Source of the DNA: Spirogloea muscicola
Taxonomy: Eukaryota
Direction of reading: 5' to 3'
Length of the DNA: 64,000 nt
Assembly (NCBI GenBank): GCA_009602725.1
Contig: WELB01000006.1
Coordinates: 722,344 to 786,343, forward strand
Shown: positions 24,601-36,500 of the stretch, one piece after another
Layout of the letters: the number at the start of each line of letters is the position of its first letter
Position numbering within the stretch: position 1 is the stretch's first letter
Program-made: the position numbers and the translations under genes
The notes under the pieces: model-generated
The model's input: only the letters and a program-made list of their open reading frames with translations
Told to the model about the DNA's origin: nothing
Database searches by the model: none

Positions 24601-26653
24601 TTGCAACAGACATTGCGTAGAAAGATCATACAAACACTCACTTCTCCTGTAAAACATTGCTGACGATTAGGTCAGATATGGCTTCCTTGTACTCAGTGTG
24701 ATCAATGAATGTCCTGCAGTATAGAACAAGCTCATCATCATACTTGCAGGCCGTAGTAATATTTGCCACTACAGATGCGAGGCCAGAGGTGAAATTGCTC
24801 CTACATGTGTACATGCAGGACAGCATGGTCTATGCATGCTAGCTTTGTTTCTCTTCAGACATCTTGTCCATCTCAGATACATTTTCGTAGTCTGTATCTA
24901 TGAGATGCTGCGAGCTGACCTAGAGAAGAAGTACACAATCTCCCCATCTTTGTGAATTTGAATGCGATCTCCATCGAACTTGCACTCAACTATGACTGCC
25001 TTTCCTTTCATCTGCAACGTTGTTGTTGTGAGTGACTATGCTATATACTGTGAATCCATCTGGTGCAAGTATGATAGCAATCATCCTCCAGTCTAGATGC
25101 ACTCTGTGTGATCGAGCATTCTTGAACCACTGTCACTATTGAGTTAAACAACCTTTTTCCATGCAGCTTCAGAAGTATCAACACGAGCTGCCAGCTGAGG
25201 ACGCACAGCCTTTCCTACTTCAATGTCCTGGCAAGCAGACGGTTCCTTTAAGTAAATCAAGCACATAGTACCAGCAAGGCAAGCCCAACACCAATGACTA
25301 CACATCCTGCCAAAAACTTGCCATGAAAAATTTTCAGCAAGCACTACAATAGCACTGCAGAGCAACAAACCTGGCGTTTATAACGAATGCTGCGGTCACT
25401 GAGCTTCTGGCAAACAAGCTTGAGATCGCAGGTGACATTGAACAAGTCCTCTGCGTCAGGGTGGAATTCACTGAAAACAGTCTTCTCGCTTACACCTAGC
25501 TTCAGGTCTGCATGAGCTTCATGCAAGTTAATATGATATGCACCTGAATGTACCAAAAGATAACAGCAGGCATGCAAAAGGCGTGAGCTTATGGTCCTCC
25601 TCCATTATCTACAGAATGCAGAGTGTCGACGACCTGACATCTTTCTGATTCAAAATCTATTCAAGTGGTGGTTGTAGGTACCATCAACATCGAGAATCAC
25701 AGGAAGCAGACACCACCTACCTTTGAGAATGATACAGATGAGCCACTTCATTTCTCGCACATTAGTCTCGCTGATTAGCTCTGTCAGAACAGCAATTTTC
25801 TCCTCCCTGCCATACAAGCAAGTCACCACACAGATACTCAGAAGCATCAATGGCCTTCAGCTTCTGTCTGCGCCAATGATGCAGTCATCTGTTGCTTTGC
25901 CTGCACACATCTAAGTTGTGTACATTGGAATTGGTCGACAGGCAGTAATCATCATCCATTAATTGTTCCTCATCACCTCGATTCCCCAGCTGCAAGCTTG
26001 TCAAGTAAATCATTCACTTCTCGGATAGTAATGCCAGCTGAGACCTCCCTTTGTCTTCGTTGAAGTACCTGCAATTCATTTCCAGACGAACTTTTTGTGA
26101 CAAAAATCTTGGGAGCACTTTGATTCAAGTCGTGTGAAAGGGACAGGAGTACAAGTCACAGCTCTCCACGAATAAGTCAAATTCTCTTGTGACAACCAGA
26201 AGACCTCGAGCTGACGTGTCCGTTGATGACTTCATCAACTGTGACATCACCCACTTCTATGCACTGACAGTGGTCGCTACTCAGTCGATATTCCAGAATA
26301 CAGGAGCAACCTTGCACCTCTGAGGCGACCAGGGGAAATTTTCCAGCATTTGCGCCAGCACGCTTGCCACCTGTCTTCCACTCTAAGAGCTTCTTGGCAT
26401 CCTCGGACTCTTTGCCGAGGCCCAGGGCGTCCGTGAGATGCTTGGCCAGCACCGCTTCCTTGAGGCCGTACGTGGCGCGCTCCCGGTCGAGCTCTGGGAG
26501 GATGAGTCGCATCGCGCTGAAGAACTCGTGGTCCGTATACACATGGTCCAGGAAAGTCGCCAGGTGCTTGCGCTTGATAAGTGGCTTCCGGTTCCTCACC
26601 ACTGCGTCCATCATGTCGCAGAGCACGGAGAAGTGCACCGTGGTGTCGCTCAT
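18698..26653 (-). CDS. LIG4: DNA ligase IV (NHEJ) with C-terminal BRCT domains, many exons
   Basis: [64 protein letters not shown]; adenylation motif [14 protein letters not shown] (~24950-24990); [61 protein letters not shown] with [10 protein letters not shown]; ends [18 protein letters not shown]. Confidence 0.97.
21164..21333 (-). other. Probable U12-type (minor) intron in LIG4
   Basis: Donor GTATCCTCC; no polypyrimidine tract; ACTTTGAC about 13 nt before the TAG acceptor. Splicing restores GGLII-YFPNF. Confidence 0.6.
23802..23969 (-). other. Probable U12-type (minor) intron in LIG4, downstream of a 7-nt microexon (23976-23970)
   Basis: Donor GTATCCCTT; branch point TCCTTGAC (23824-23817) about 16 nt before the AAG acceptor. 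The microexon CTCTGCT restores HLQ-LCY-VAFDVLY. Confidence 0.8.
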
Positions 26654-27329
26654 TCTGACTACGGACCCGTCACCGCTACGTCCGCAGGGCTAGAAAGCTG
26701 CACGCGAGTGCACGGCAAGCCCACCGAGGCTGGGCCAGCACAGTCAAGCCTGACCTAACCATTCCTGAGGATAACGCGCGGTAGCCGCCCGGCGGGGCCT
26801 GCCGGTTTGGCGAGTTGCCGCCAGTGCGCTCGGGGGGGTCCGCCATGGCAGTGTACCAAGCACTTCCGCTTGTGCGCACCGCTGCGACCAGGAGAAAGCG
26901 CTCTAACAGAAGGAAAGAGAGAGATAGGTGCGCGGTGCGCTTGAAAATGAAAGCGTGGCCAATTCAAGCCAATACATTGTTCAGACAAAAACTAGCACAA
27001 AGAAATGGGGGTCTTGTCGACCCGTCCAACGACCACTGCTGGAGCAGCGGGATGAGTGTGGCAGCAGTGGCAGGAAGAAGTGGCAATCCCAAATGGGGCA
27101 AGGGCTGTGAATAGCCAGCCCGAAAAAGAATTGACAAAGTTTCGAAGGGGCCAAATGATGGAGGGGTATAAGAAGCGCTAAGGAGCTACGAAGGGGCCTG
27201 AAGATGCTATGTCAGAACGGGGGAGGATAGACCACTCTCAGTAGCTACGAGTGAGGAGCCTCAAATCAGACAGACTAGCTGCCGGAAAACTATCCCCCTG
27301 ACGAAAGCCGGAGGCCGCAGCGAGAGAAA

Positions 27330-27800
27330 TGCGCGCCCATAGAGAAGAGGGGCTGGCAAAGCCAGCCCAACAAAGATTGGACAATGTCCAAAGCCAAAGA
27401 AAGAGGAGCCGGAGAAAGGACTACACTACAGAGCACTGCAGAACACAGAAACGATGCAGAGGAAAGCTCAGTACCCACGAGTGAGCAACATCAGGTCTGA
27501 GTAGCTCGCTGTAGGGAAGAGGCACACGAGCGAGAGCACGGCCAGCACGCAGATGCAAGGCGTGGACCGCTGAAGGGAGACGGACAATCGCAGACAATAT
27601 AACTGAGCCCACGAGCCAGCAGCGTTGAAGTCAGCCGAGTCACTGCGCCTGCGGGACACAACGCACCGAACAAGCCTGGCCAGCAGGTCGAGCCACTGAG
27701 ACCCGAGAGCCCCGTGCACATCCACGGCCAGGGGTACGAACATATGTAGCCGGGTGGTCGGCGTGTTTGGCCGCCTTGCTGAGCGGCCTTTCGCCGCAGC
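27330..27800 (-). mobile_element. CRE-like RLE domain C-terminal fragment (degenerate) with 3' UTR
   Basis: FVPLAVDVHGALGSQWLDLLARL..NAAGSWAQLYCLRLSVSLQRS../HALHLRAGRALA with frameshifts, then the hairpin module at ~27335-27390. Confidence 0.75.
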
Positions 27801-28344
27801 GTGGCCAGCCCGCGAGGCAGAGAGCCCCGGCAGGAGGGATGGCAGGGGTGGGAATGAGGGCCGGAGATATTGATGAGGGCCTTCACGACCAGTCCGTCAT
27901 CCACTCCTGGAGCTGCTAAGGAAGCGTACTAAGCAATTCCAAAAGGGGGGCGAAAAGGAGAAAGGCCAGCTCAACGAAGGGAGAAAGTGCGCGCCCATAG
28001 AGAAGAGGGGCTGGCAGAGGCCAGCCCGAAAAGAAGGGACACAGCGGGGCGAGCCGCACTAGCAGGGAAGAAGAAGGGCTCGGCCATCGAGGACAGGGGC
28101 TGGAAAAAGCCAGCCCAAAAAAGAATCAATAAAGGACGAGACGGGGCAGGGAGGGGGCCGCGAGCGGCCGTGCCAAGTGGCAACTGAGATTGGAGCGGAC
28201 CCAGGCTAACCGGGACTCAGTATACACCGATTAGCGGACAAACGGCCGAGGACCATAAATTGCGGGCGGGTATTGTTGCTTCGGCCCCTTCAGTCCTAAA
28301 ACAGTCTTGTGGGCTGGCCTCTGACAGCCCACAAGAGAGAAGGA

Positions 28345-28820
28345 ATATTTCGTGTATTTGAAACAAACGAAGGCCAAATGGCCGAGTACAAAGGCAAGGA
28401 CATCTTAAGACCTACATAACCTACAGTAGATTGACCCGCTCAATAAAGACGGGTCAAAAGATAAAGGTCGCTAACCGATGCCTGAAAACTAGATGGCAGA
28501 TACGAAGCCCTTCTACCACCAACTAGAGCTCGCCAAGCTTTCTGGTGCAAAGCATTAGCCTGAGCACGCTGCAAACAGGCCGAAACTCGTTGACGCAAGA
28601 ACAACACATAAGCAGCTGGCAAGCCCATCTCAGCCGGGAACAAATCTGCATGTCGTGTGTAGCCTAGATTGGCTACGTCTTGAAAGAGAGTAAGGAAACG
28701 AGGACCTAAGCAGCCAAAGATGTCGATTGCCGCTGGCAGGAGCTGATCACAGTGGGTGTGGTAATCGGAGTAGTGCTGCAACTTTCTGTGTTCAGCACTG
28801 CCCACTGCGTGGCCAGCAAA
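28345..28820 (-). mobile_element. CRE-like element subfamily A, 3' fragment
   Basis: AGHAVGSAEHRKLQHYSDY..LLPAAIDIFGCLGP..RVSACLQRAQANALHQKA..ASVSDLYLLTRLY*. The 3' UTR is nearly identical to that of the 29415-30352 copy. Confidence 0.85.
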
Positions 28821-29034
28821 AAGAAGGGCTCGCCCATAGAGGATAGGGGCTGGAGAAGGCCAGCCCAAAAAAGAATTCTCGCAAAGTGCGAGAAGGGGCC
28901 AGGGGCACTACGAAGAAGCACAAGAAGCACAAAGCAGCTACGAACTCTCAGGAACCCCTGCTAAGCAGCCTCAAGTCAGAGAAACTTGGCTCCTGGCTCC
29001 ACAAGACACAAGACATTCTGACAGCCAATGCCTT

Positions 29035-29330
29035 AAAGTGCCGCATGCGTCTGTCAATCTCCCTCCAGCGGTCCATGGCCCACGCCTTGCATCTGCGTGC
29101 TGGCCGTGCTCTCGCTGCAGCCTCTAGCTTCCGTCAGGAGGATTGTTTTCGAGCAGCTAGTCTGTCGGAATCGGGGCTCCTCACTCGGAGCTACTGAGTG
29201 GTCCATTCTACACCCGTTCTGACATAGCGCTTTAGGCCCCTCCGTCATTTGGCCCCTTCTAAACTTTGGTCCTTTCTTTTCGGGCTGGCTTTTCACAGCC
29301 CTTGCCCCCATTGGGAGAGCCAGTTCTGCT
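29035..29330 (+). mobile_element. CRE-like element 3' fragment (second subfamily) with hairpin 3' UTR
   Basis: RMRLSISLQRSMAHALHLRAGRALAAASSFRQED..ASLSESGLLTRSY*. The UTR matches 27080-27290 (-) and 32060-32235 (+). Confidence 0.8.
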
Positions 29331-29414
29331 AAGAATCGAATAATCTGTGTCTTCCTTTGGGGTGTCCTGTCCGTTCTAGACCTCTTGCACAAAATACATG
29401 ATAGAGCACGAGGA

Positions 29415-30352
29415 AGCGAGAATTTCGTGCATTTTAAACAAACGAAGGCCAAATGGCCAAGTACAAAGGCAACCACATCTTAAGACCTACATAATATACG
29501 GTAGATTGACCCGCTCAGTAACCACGGGTCAAAACATAAAGGTCGCTAACCGATGCCTGAATACTAGATGGTAGATACGAAGCCCTTCTGCCACCAACTA
29601 GAGCTCGCCCAGCTTTCTGGTGCAAAGCATTAGCCTGAGCACGCTGCAAACAGGCCGAAACTCGTCGTTGCAAAAACGACAGATATGCAGCTGGCAAGCC
29701 CATCTCAGCCGGGAACACATCTGCATGTCGTGTGTAGCCTAGATTGGCTAATATTTTAAGCAGAGTAAGGAAACGAGGACCTAAGCAGCCAAAGATGTCG
29801 ATTGCCGCTGGCAAGAGCTGATCACATCGGGGGTAATCGGAATAGTGCTGCAACTTCTTTGTTCAGTACTGCCCACTGCGTGGCCAGCGATGTGTGTCGA
29901 TGCTGGACCTTTATAGGCCTCCGTAACCACAACATCGACCAATGCCCGTGGTCCTCCACCAGGTTGGACGCCCACAATGTCAAAGTGTGCGGCGATGATG
30001 ACGTCCCTGGGCATCCGTGGTGATAGGCATGATGTTGTTCACGTCCACGACCGCACGGTACCCGGTGTCGCGCATCAAACCCGCCAGAGCATCACGGAGG
30101 AGGTTGTGGATGCCCACCACTTCTGGTCCAGTGGGGCATCGCAGCTTGTGAGTGGCGAGCTCAGCACCCTCTGCACGGAATCGGCACTCACACTGGCGCA
30201 CCCCAATCAGGCAGTTAGGTGGGAGGCCGAGGAAGAGTTGAAGCAACGTCCGAAAGGCCTCGGGCTGATGCTGAAGGCGCTGGCCACGGCGTGTGAGGTG
30301 ATCCAGTCTGTGGCTCCAGGTGTGGCGAGGGAAGTAAGTCTTGCCAGGCTAA
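29415..30352 (-). mobile_element. CRE-like element subfamily A: zinc knuckle plus RLE domain, frameshifted, 5'-truncated
   Basis: ARLTSLATPGATDWIT; CECRFRAEGAELATHKLRC (CCHC); IHNLLRDALA; DIVG..ALVDVVVTE; RVSACLQRAQA..SDLYVLTRGY*. Homologous to 49620-50465. Confidence 0.9.
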
Positions 30353-30999
30353 GGAGGAAGGAGAAGGCGCGCAGTGCGTATGAATCGAGAGGAAGGCCAA
30401 AGCACGCCAGTACACTTTTTGAAAATAGAACCAAAAAAGATGCCGAAAAGAGGGGCTGAGCCAACAAAGCAAGAGAACACATTCAAGGGGAACTCTAGTA
30501 CCCACGATTGAGCACATGCATATTGGCTAGACCAGTTTGGGGCACCGGAGCACCACAGCTCACTTTGAGATTTTTTCAGTCTTTCTTATGGGCTGGCCTC
30601 TCCCAACCACCGCCCTCTCCTGGAAGCGTCTTTCTCACACAGCTCAAGCTAGTGGCCTGGCTTAGAGTGCGCCCGGCATGCTGATGTATGGCTAAAGCCT
30701 GGAAACGCTGCAAAGGAAGCAAGAGCCGCATTCTGTAGTAAGCAACCAATGCTTGCGATACGCTAGTACGCCCTAAGCTGACGGCCCGATCACGAAGGCC
30801 CTCATTGAATAGGTGGGGCGGTGGAGGGAGGACCACTTGATATTGTATCCGCCATGAACGTCCATAGCGCAAGGATACAAGTGGTCTCCCTGGGGTGTTC
30901 CTTGTAGTGCCGCTCCTACAGTATAGCGAGTGGCTAGGCCGCGACTATGGAGAGATGGTAGGACAGGCTATACAACAACGTCAAGGCCGTTGTAAACGA

Positions 31000-31365
31000 G
31001 AAGAAGGTGGCTCTTCCAGAGGGGTCGAGTGCTCTAAAGAGCCAGCCCAGCAAAAGTGAGCAAGGTCCGAAGGGCCAAATGGCGATAAATCCCTACAGCT
31101 ATGCTAGTGGCTACATAGAATGGGACCTCAATAACCCCTAGTCAGCAGCTGCAAGTCGGAGTGACTTGCACCTGGAAAGGATTTGTACAATGGAAGTGGC
31201 TCTTCCAAAGGGGACGAGGGCTGTGAGAGGGCCAGCCCAGACGAATGGACAACGTTCAAGGGGCCAAGAAGGCGCTGTAAGCACACAGCTATGCAAGTGG
31301 CTACATCGATTGGGAGCTCAACAAGCCCTACTCAGCAGCCACAAGTGGGAGTCAGTTGCAGCTGG
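31000..31365 (-). repeat. Two tandem ~180-bp element 3' ends (last codons plus UTR hairpin)
   Basis: 31000-31170 and 31190-31365 share CAGCTATGC(T/A)AGTGGCTACAT and the hairpin module; the first encodes ASHSDLQLLTRGY*. Confidence 0.75.
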
Positions 31366-32279
31366 AAACAACAGCGCTCTCAAATGGACTGGTGGCCGTA
31401 CGAGGCCAGCCCAAAGGAACGAGCTGGAAAAGAGTCACCCCGATAGACCAGAAGCAGCTGCCGGATCTGCCACACCTGGAGGAATTTGGGTGGCGATCCC
31501 ATATCTGCGCGCAGAAAAGCACGTGCGATTAGCTTTGCCGCTTCTGACAACCGCAGCTTTCCACACTCACATTGCGCCACACTTATGAGGCAAGAAATGG
31601 GATGATCCTTAGCAGACGCCATCTTCTTCCTTGACGTAAAACAGCCCGCCTGCTTCGGCACAGGGCCCCCGACGCTTGACCGCGCGCTCCTCCAGGGCGG
31701 GGGCTGCACATCATGTCTCCTGCACTACTGGACTTGGCGTGGTCGCCTGGTCATGCCTGCTTCCGCTGTTCTGGCCTCCTCAGCTGGCGCGTCCTGGCCC
31801 ACACTTGTCCAGTGTCACACCGGCCAAGACAGCAATGCCGTCTTTGGCGCCAAACAGAACAGCGCTGGCAGAGTCTCCACTGCTTCCTATACTTCCGGCT
31901 GCTAAATATCCGAATTTGCAGCTGTTGACGTGGGACTTTTTTGTAGTAGTCAATTGCTTAGCTGCGTGCTTTCTTTCTTCACACTTTCCTTTGAACCACC
32001 TTGTCCATTCCATTTGTGCTGGCCTTTCACATGGCTTTCGTCAGGGTATTTATTTCTAGGCAGCTAGTCTGTCGGATTTGAGGCTCCTCACTCGTACTTC
32101 TCGAGTGGTTCATCCTACACCAGTTCTGAGATAGCGCTTTTGGCCCCTTCGTACTTTGGCCCCTTCGAACCTTGTCAATTCTTTCCGGGCTGGCTTATCA
32201 GAGCCCTTGCCCCCATTGGGAGAGCCACTTCTTCTTTCACACCCGGCGCGCCGATCTCGTCGCCAGCGCGCCGGCGGAG

Positions 32280-33050
32280 GCGGGGGGCCTCTGATCATTG
32301 CCGACGTTGTCACGACTGACTGCTTTAATGCTAAACGCCAAACGCTCGTCGGAGGAGGCCGGCTACGCAGTCCGCCAAGCGGCGGGCGCAAAGGCACGAA
32401 AATACTCGGATCATCCCGTGGGCGACGAGTTTGGCCCACTTGTCGTCGACGTACACGGAGCCTTTGGCACAAAATGGCTTGACCTGCTTCACCGCCTTGC
32501 GCGGCGAGCAGTGGCCCGCCGTCACGGGAAGAGGAAAGTGCTCGCCAATAGAAGGCTGGCAAAGCCAGCCCAAAAAGAACCTTGTCAATTCTTCGAACCT
32601 TGTCAATTCTTTTCGGGCTGGCTTCTCACAGCCCTTGCCCTCATTGGGAGAGCCACTTCTTCTCTCAAAAAGAACGGACAATGACCAGAGCCGAAGACAG
32701 AGGTGCCGAAAAAGGACACTCGGGCAGCAGGGCGAGCAGCCTGACTTCAATGTCGCCGGGTCCCTCGCTCAGGTCTTCCGCTTGCGCTTGGCCATCGCTT
32801 TGCAGCAGCTTAGAGAAAAGCCCTTGCCTTTGCGGTTCACTTGCGCGCAGGCCGCGCTTTGGCGGCGGCCTCCGGCTTTCGTCAGGGCGACGTCTATCCG
32901 CCTGCTAGTTCTTCCGACTTGCATCAACTGACTCGAGGTTACTGAGGGTCCCCTTTGCTGCTGTCTTAGTACTTAGCACTCCGGCTCCTTGTCCAGTCCT
33001 TTTGGGCTGGCCTCTCCTAGCCACCAGTCAATCTGGCCGCGCTTTTCGTT
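32280..33050 (+). mobile_element. CRE-like RLE fragment interrupted by an inverted pair of hairpin modules
   Basis: IIADVVTTD..AGYAVRQAAGAKARKYSDHP..PLVVDVHGAFGTKWLDLL [insert ~32525-32725] PDFNVAGSLAQVFRLRLAIALQQ..AGRALAAASGFRQGDVYPPASSSDLHQLTRGY*. Confidence 0.8.
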
Positions 33051-33545
33051 TCTTCCACAGCCATCGCCCATTCTGGAAGAGCTGCTTCTAATATCGTTGT
33101 TCGACGTCCTTCTCTGGCCAATCTTAGCTGGCCTACAGCTCTCCCAACGGGGGCAAGGGCTGTGAGAAGCCAGCCCGAAAAGAATGGCCTACAGCCGCCT
33201 ACGACATTAGCGCCCAGCGCGCCGCGGCCCTCGACACCCCTTTCTGCCCCTTCACGTTCCTCACGTGCCATTACTCAAGAAGTTCTTCCAGTTGGGGACG
33301 ATGACCTGAATGAAAGTGACGTCTGAAGGGCCGCAAAGCGCAGACCAGGAAAGCTACGCAAATTGCTATCACAAATGGGCAATAGCTCCCACTCAACCGT
33401 ACTAACATCCCCCCCAGCCTGGCGCCTAGCAGGGCGCAAAGCGCCGCGGCGCCGGGGCCGCCGCGCCCGCGCCGCTGCTCTCCGGGCCGCTCGCTGCCTA
33501 GCGGCGCGGCGTGACACTTGAAGCTGCTGTGCTCCAGCCGCCTCC

Positions 33546-36500
33546 ATGGAGTCCCTGCTGGCTGCTGCGCTCGACTCTAAGCTGCGCTACTACCTCAAGA
33601 CTTACAGCCGTGACCAATTCCGTCTGAATGGCCGAACCGTGCAACTTTCCAATCTTGGTAACGTCCCTTCCACATCGTGAAGGTCTAACAGCAACTTGAA
33701 GGCAGCTCAGAGACCGAACAAACAGAATGTGGCTTGTCACATCCTATTATCAGTATCCATTCATACTATCTATACACTACGATGTTTTGCAGTGGTACTT
33801 AAACAGCAGCTTATAAGCTGCACTGCAAGTTCTTCATCATGATTCATCACGCAAGATCCAATGTGACGCAGCAGCTCAAGACTCTTTTGTACATGCCTTC
33901 AACAGAGTTGAATGGACTTGTGCTACATGCAATCCTTGGATTGCCGTCAACTGTGCACGTTGCACAAGCCAAAGTTGAGAAGCTCGAGATCAAGGTAACA
34001 AGCACCTTCCACTGTACTCTATGTGTTGTTTTGCTATCAAGGGCAGCCACAGCTCTGCTCGATATCAATGGCCCCATGCGCTTGCGAGGTTCCTTGCCTT
34101 ATTCAGACCTGTAGCGGTTGCTGGGCTCTTGTCAGTGCGCTTTTGCTAAGTCCTTCAACCGCCGAGGTTTCCTGGCATGAGGAGTGAACAAGAGAATGCC
34201 AATACAATACGCATCAGCTGCCTGATATCTAAACTGATGTGCTATGCAATAAAAGCATTAATGTAATCACTTCTCAAGCTTACACGATTCTATGCGCATA
34301 GTCAGAGCGATATATAACGTGAGGATGCCTGCTTGTCTTGTTGGACTGTCACATATAGAGGAAATGCTACACAATTCTACTAATTTGTGACTCATGGGCA
34401 GCTTCCCACATTTTCGAATATAAGCGCTGAGCCTACAGTGGTGTCCATCTCCACTCTGGACTTGGTGATATCGGAGACACAAAGCACAGACTTCGATGCA
34501 GCAGTTGCGAGGTGAGCAAGCCTGTTGTCCTCAGTTGGCAAGCGCTCAACGGCTGCTGGGACACAACCAATTTGAGCCATCATAATGACCCCTTTCATGC
34601 ATGTTGGTCAGGAAATTGTAAGACAAAGCAAGAGCAAACATCGTATGATGGTTGCTGCCATGCTGCTGTTCGTGTAGCTTGTTTGCACTGCAAGTACACT
34701 TGTCAGATCTTTTCGGGCTGGCTTTCACAGCCCTAGTCCCCTTCGGAAGAAGAAGGACGACAGCCAGGCGCAGGGACATCAATGGCTGACCGCTGATCCT
34801 GCTCCTGTTTGACTGCGCAGTGCAGCAAGTGCAGCAAGCAAGAGCACAAGCTATGGCTTTGCTGATAAGGTAGGTCAAATGTGAAGTGAGCTGGGTGTTG
34901 GCAATCTCTTGCATCTTGACTGCAATTGTGGACTTTATTTTCAGATTTGTTTTGGTCGGGCCTTTCAGACTCCTCCTGACAAGCTGCATCTAATTAGCAG
35001 GGTGGTGCTCGGTGCAGATTGCTGATGGTATGACCGTGGAAGTAGGCACTCTAAACTTGACCGTGGAGACAAAAGGCAGCAGCATTTCTGGGGGACAGGC
35101 AGCAGCTGCCTGGTACACCTGATTGTCAGCATCACTGTGTGATAAGCCCAAGTTTCAGACGCAAATAGGCTTTGAGACCCTCACATAAGGTAATGATGCA
35201 CTAAGAAAGCGTGCAGTTGTGAAGGAGTCAGTCGAGCCATTTTTCAGGAAGCTGATGCTTCAACTTCTGAGTCGTGCAGGATACCACCCATGGCATCGAT
35301 AACCCTCAAAGGGGTCACACTGATAACCACGAATGAATCATGGCAGGTCAGCCTTGAAAGGGAATAGATTATTGGCCTGCTCCACCTCTTTTCAACATTC
35401 AGACCGCATAGAATGGACCTGATAGTTGTCAGGGTTCTATTGAAGAGCTGCACAGAAGGATTCCAAAAGAAGTCATTCTCTTATGTAGTCTGGCCTGTCG
35501 TTGACGAGCTGCTAACCTTTGGCTTGCTCTTCTTGACATTGAGAAGGTTGTCAATCTGAACGATACAAGGCATTTTTTCAAGGACAGAAAATGCATCTAC
35601 ATCTTCCGAGTGAGTGAACATTTGCTGGACTGATCAAAGCATTGTATGGTGCCACATCGTGTACGGCAATACCCAGTTTGCCAAGGGCATATGCAAGATC
35701 TCCTCGCCTTCAATTACAAAGGCTGACACCTATCTCATTTTATCAATTTTATGCTTGTGTCATGGATGAGCAGAAGCTGGAGTGGTCCTGCCTCTCAATT
35801 GACCTCCTTCCCCACCCAGACATGTTTCTTGATAACAAGTTGGTCAGTCCACAAGTGGCTGGCTCAGGAAGTCGAGGGGCTGATGGAGCAAAACGCGCGT
35901 TCTTTGGGGGCGAGCGCTTTCTTGACAACATCACTGGTGTTGTGCATGTGAGACACCCAAGATTCGATGCTCTGACAAAAAGCTGATGACGCACTGCTCA
36001 TACTTAGCCACCACCCATCCATTCTCATAAGTACCATACATCATAGTAATGGATATCACATGACATGCACAGAGCAGTGCTTGCCTGTTGTCTAAAGTCT
36101 TCCTTGCGAAATAGGTCACAATGCACCGATCGGAGACTAACAACCCCATTGGGCTGGAGGTGGATTTGGAGCTTTCAGACGCTTTTTGTCCAGCTGTTAG
36201 TGAGCCAGGTGCTCATTGCCCTCTTGCAGCCAACTCGGCCTGCACACACTTCCACTATCCTCCTGTGCACGCTGCTGTCAGTCCCTTGATTCTGAGCAAT
36301 GTGGTCAGCAAGATGCCATTAGAAAGTCTGTAGATCTAAAGACCTCCCCCCAAAATATCAAGAGATCTTTGGTCTCCACTTTTGCCATGTCTTCCATCAA
36401 CGTAAGTATGTACAGCAAGCGTCTGACATGCTCGTTGGGTGGGCATTGTTGTTTCTTGATGGCAGGATTGCGGGCACTGATGCGCTGTATGACAGGCATG

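Larger units (their letters stand above)
26920..33200. mobile_element. Nest of 5'-truncated CRE-like retrotransposon copies and isolated 3' termini between divergent LIG4 and BLTP3-like genes
   Basis: At least 8 fragments encoding the LQR..A.ALH..AGRAL..SDL.LLTRGY C-terminus on both strands, interleaved with many copies of the GGGCTG..CAGCCC hairpin module. Confidence 0.85.

Noticed and set aside
28370..28390. U2 snRNA-like CTCGGCCATTTGGC on the minus strand
   Set aside because: Only a short imperfect match, with no GTGTAGTA branch-recognition region or Sm site; it is part of the element 3' UTR.
31195..31270. Hairpin module as a hammerhead or HDV-like ribozyme
   Set aside because: No CUGAnGA/GAAA core or HDV nested-pseudoknot order could be found by eye, and the module is 3'-terminal whereas element ribozymes are usually 5'. 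A formal motif search was not possible.
26920..33200. CRISPR-like array of hairpin repeats
   Set aside because: Spacing is irregular, orientations are mixed, copies are divergent, and the intervening DNA is retroelement coding sequence. The context is eukaryotic with no cas genes.
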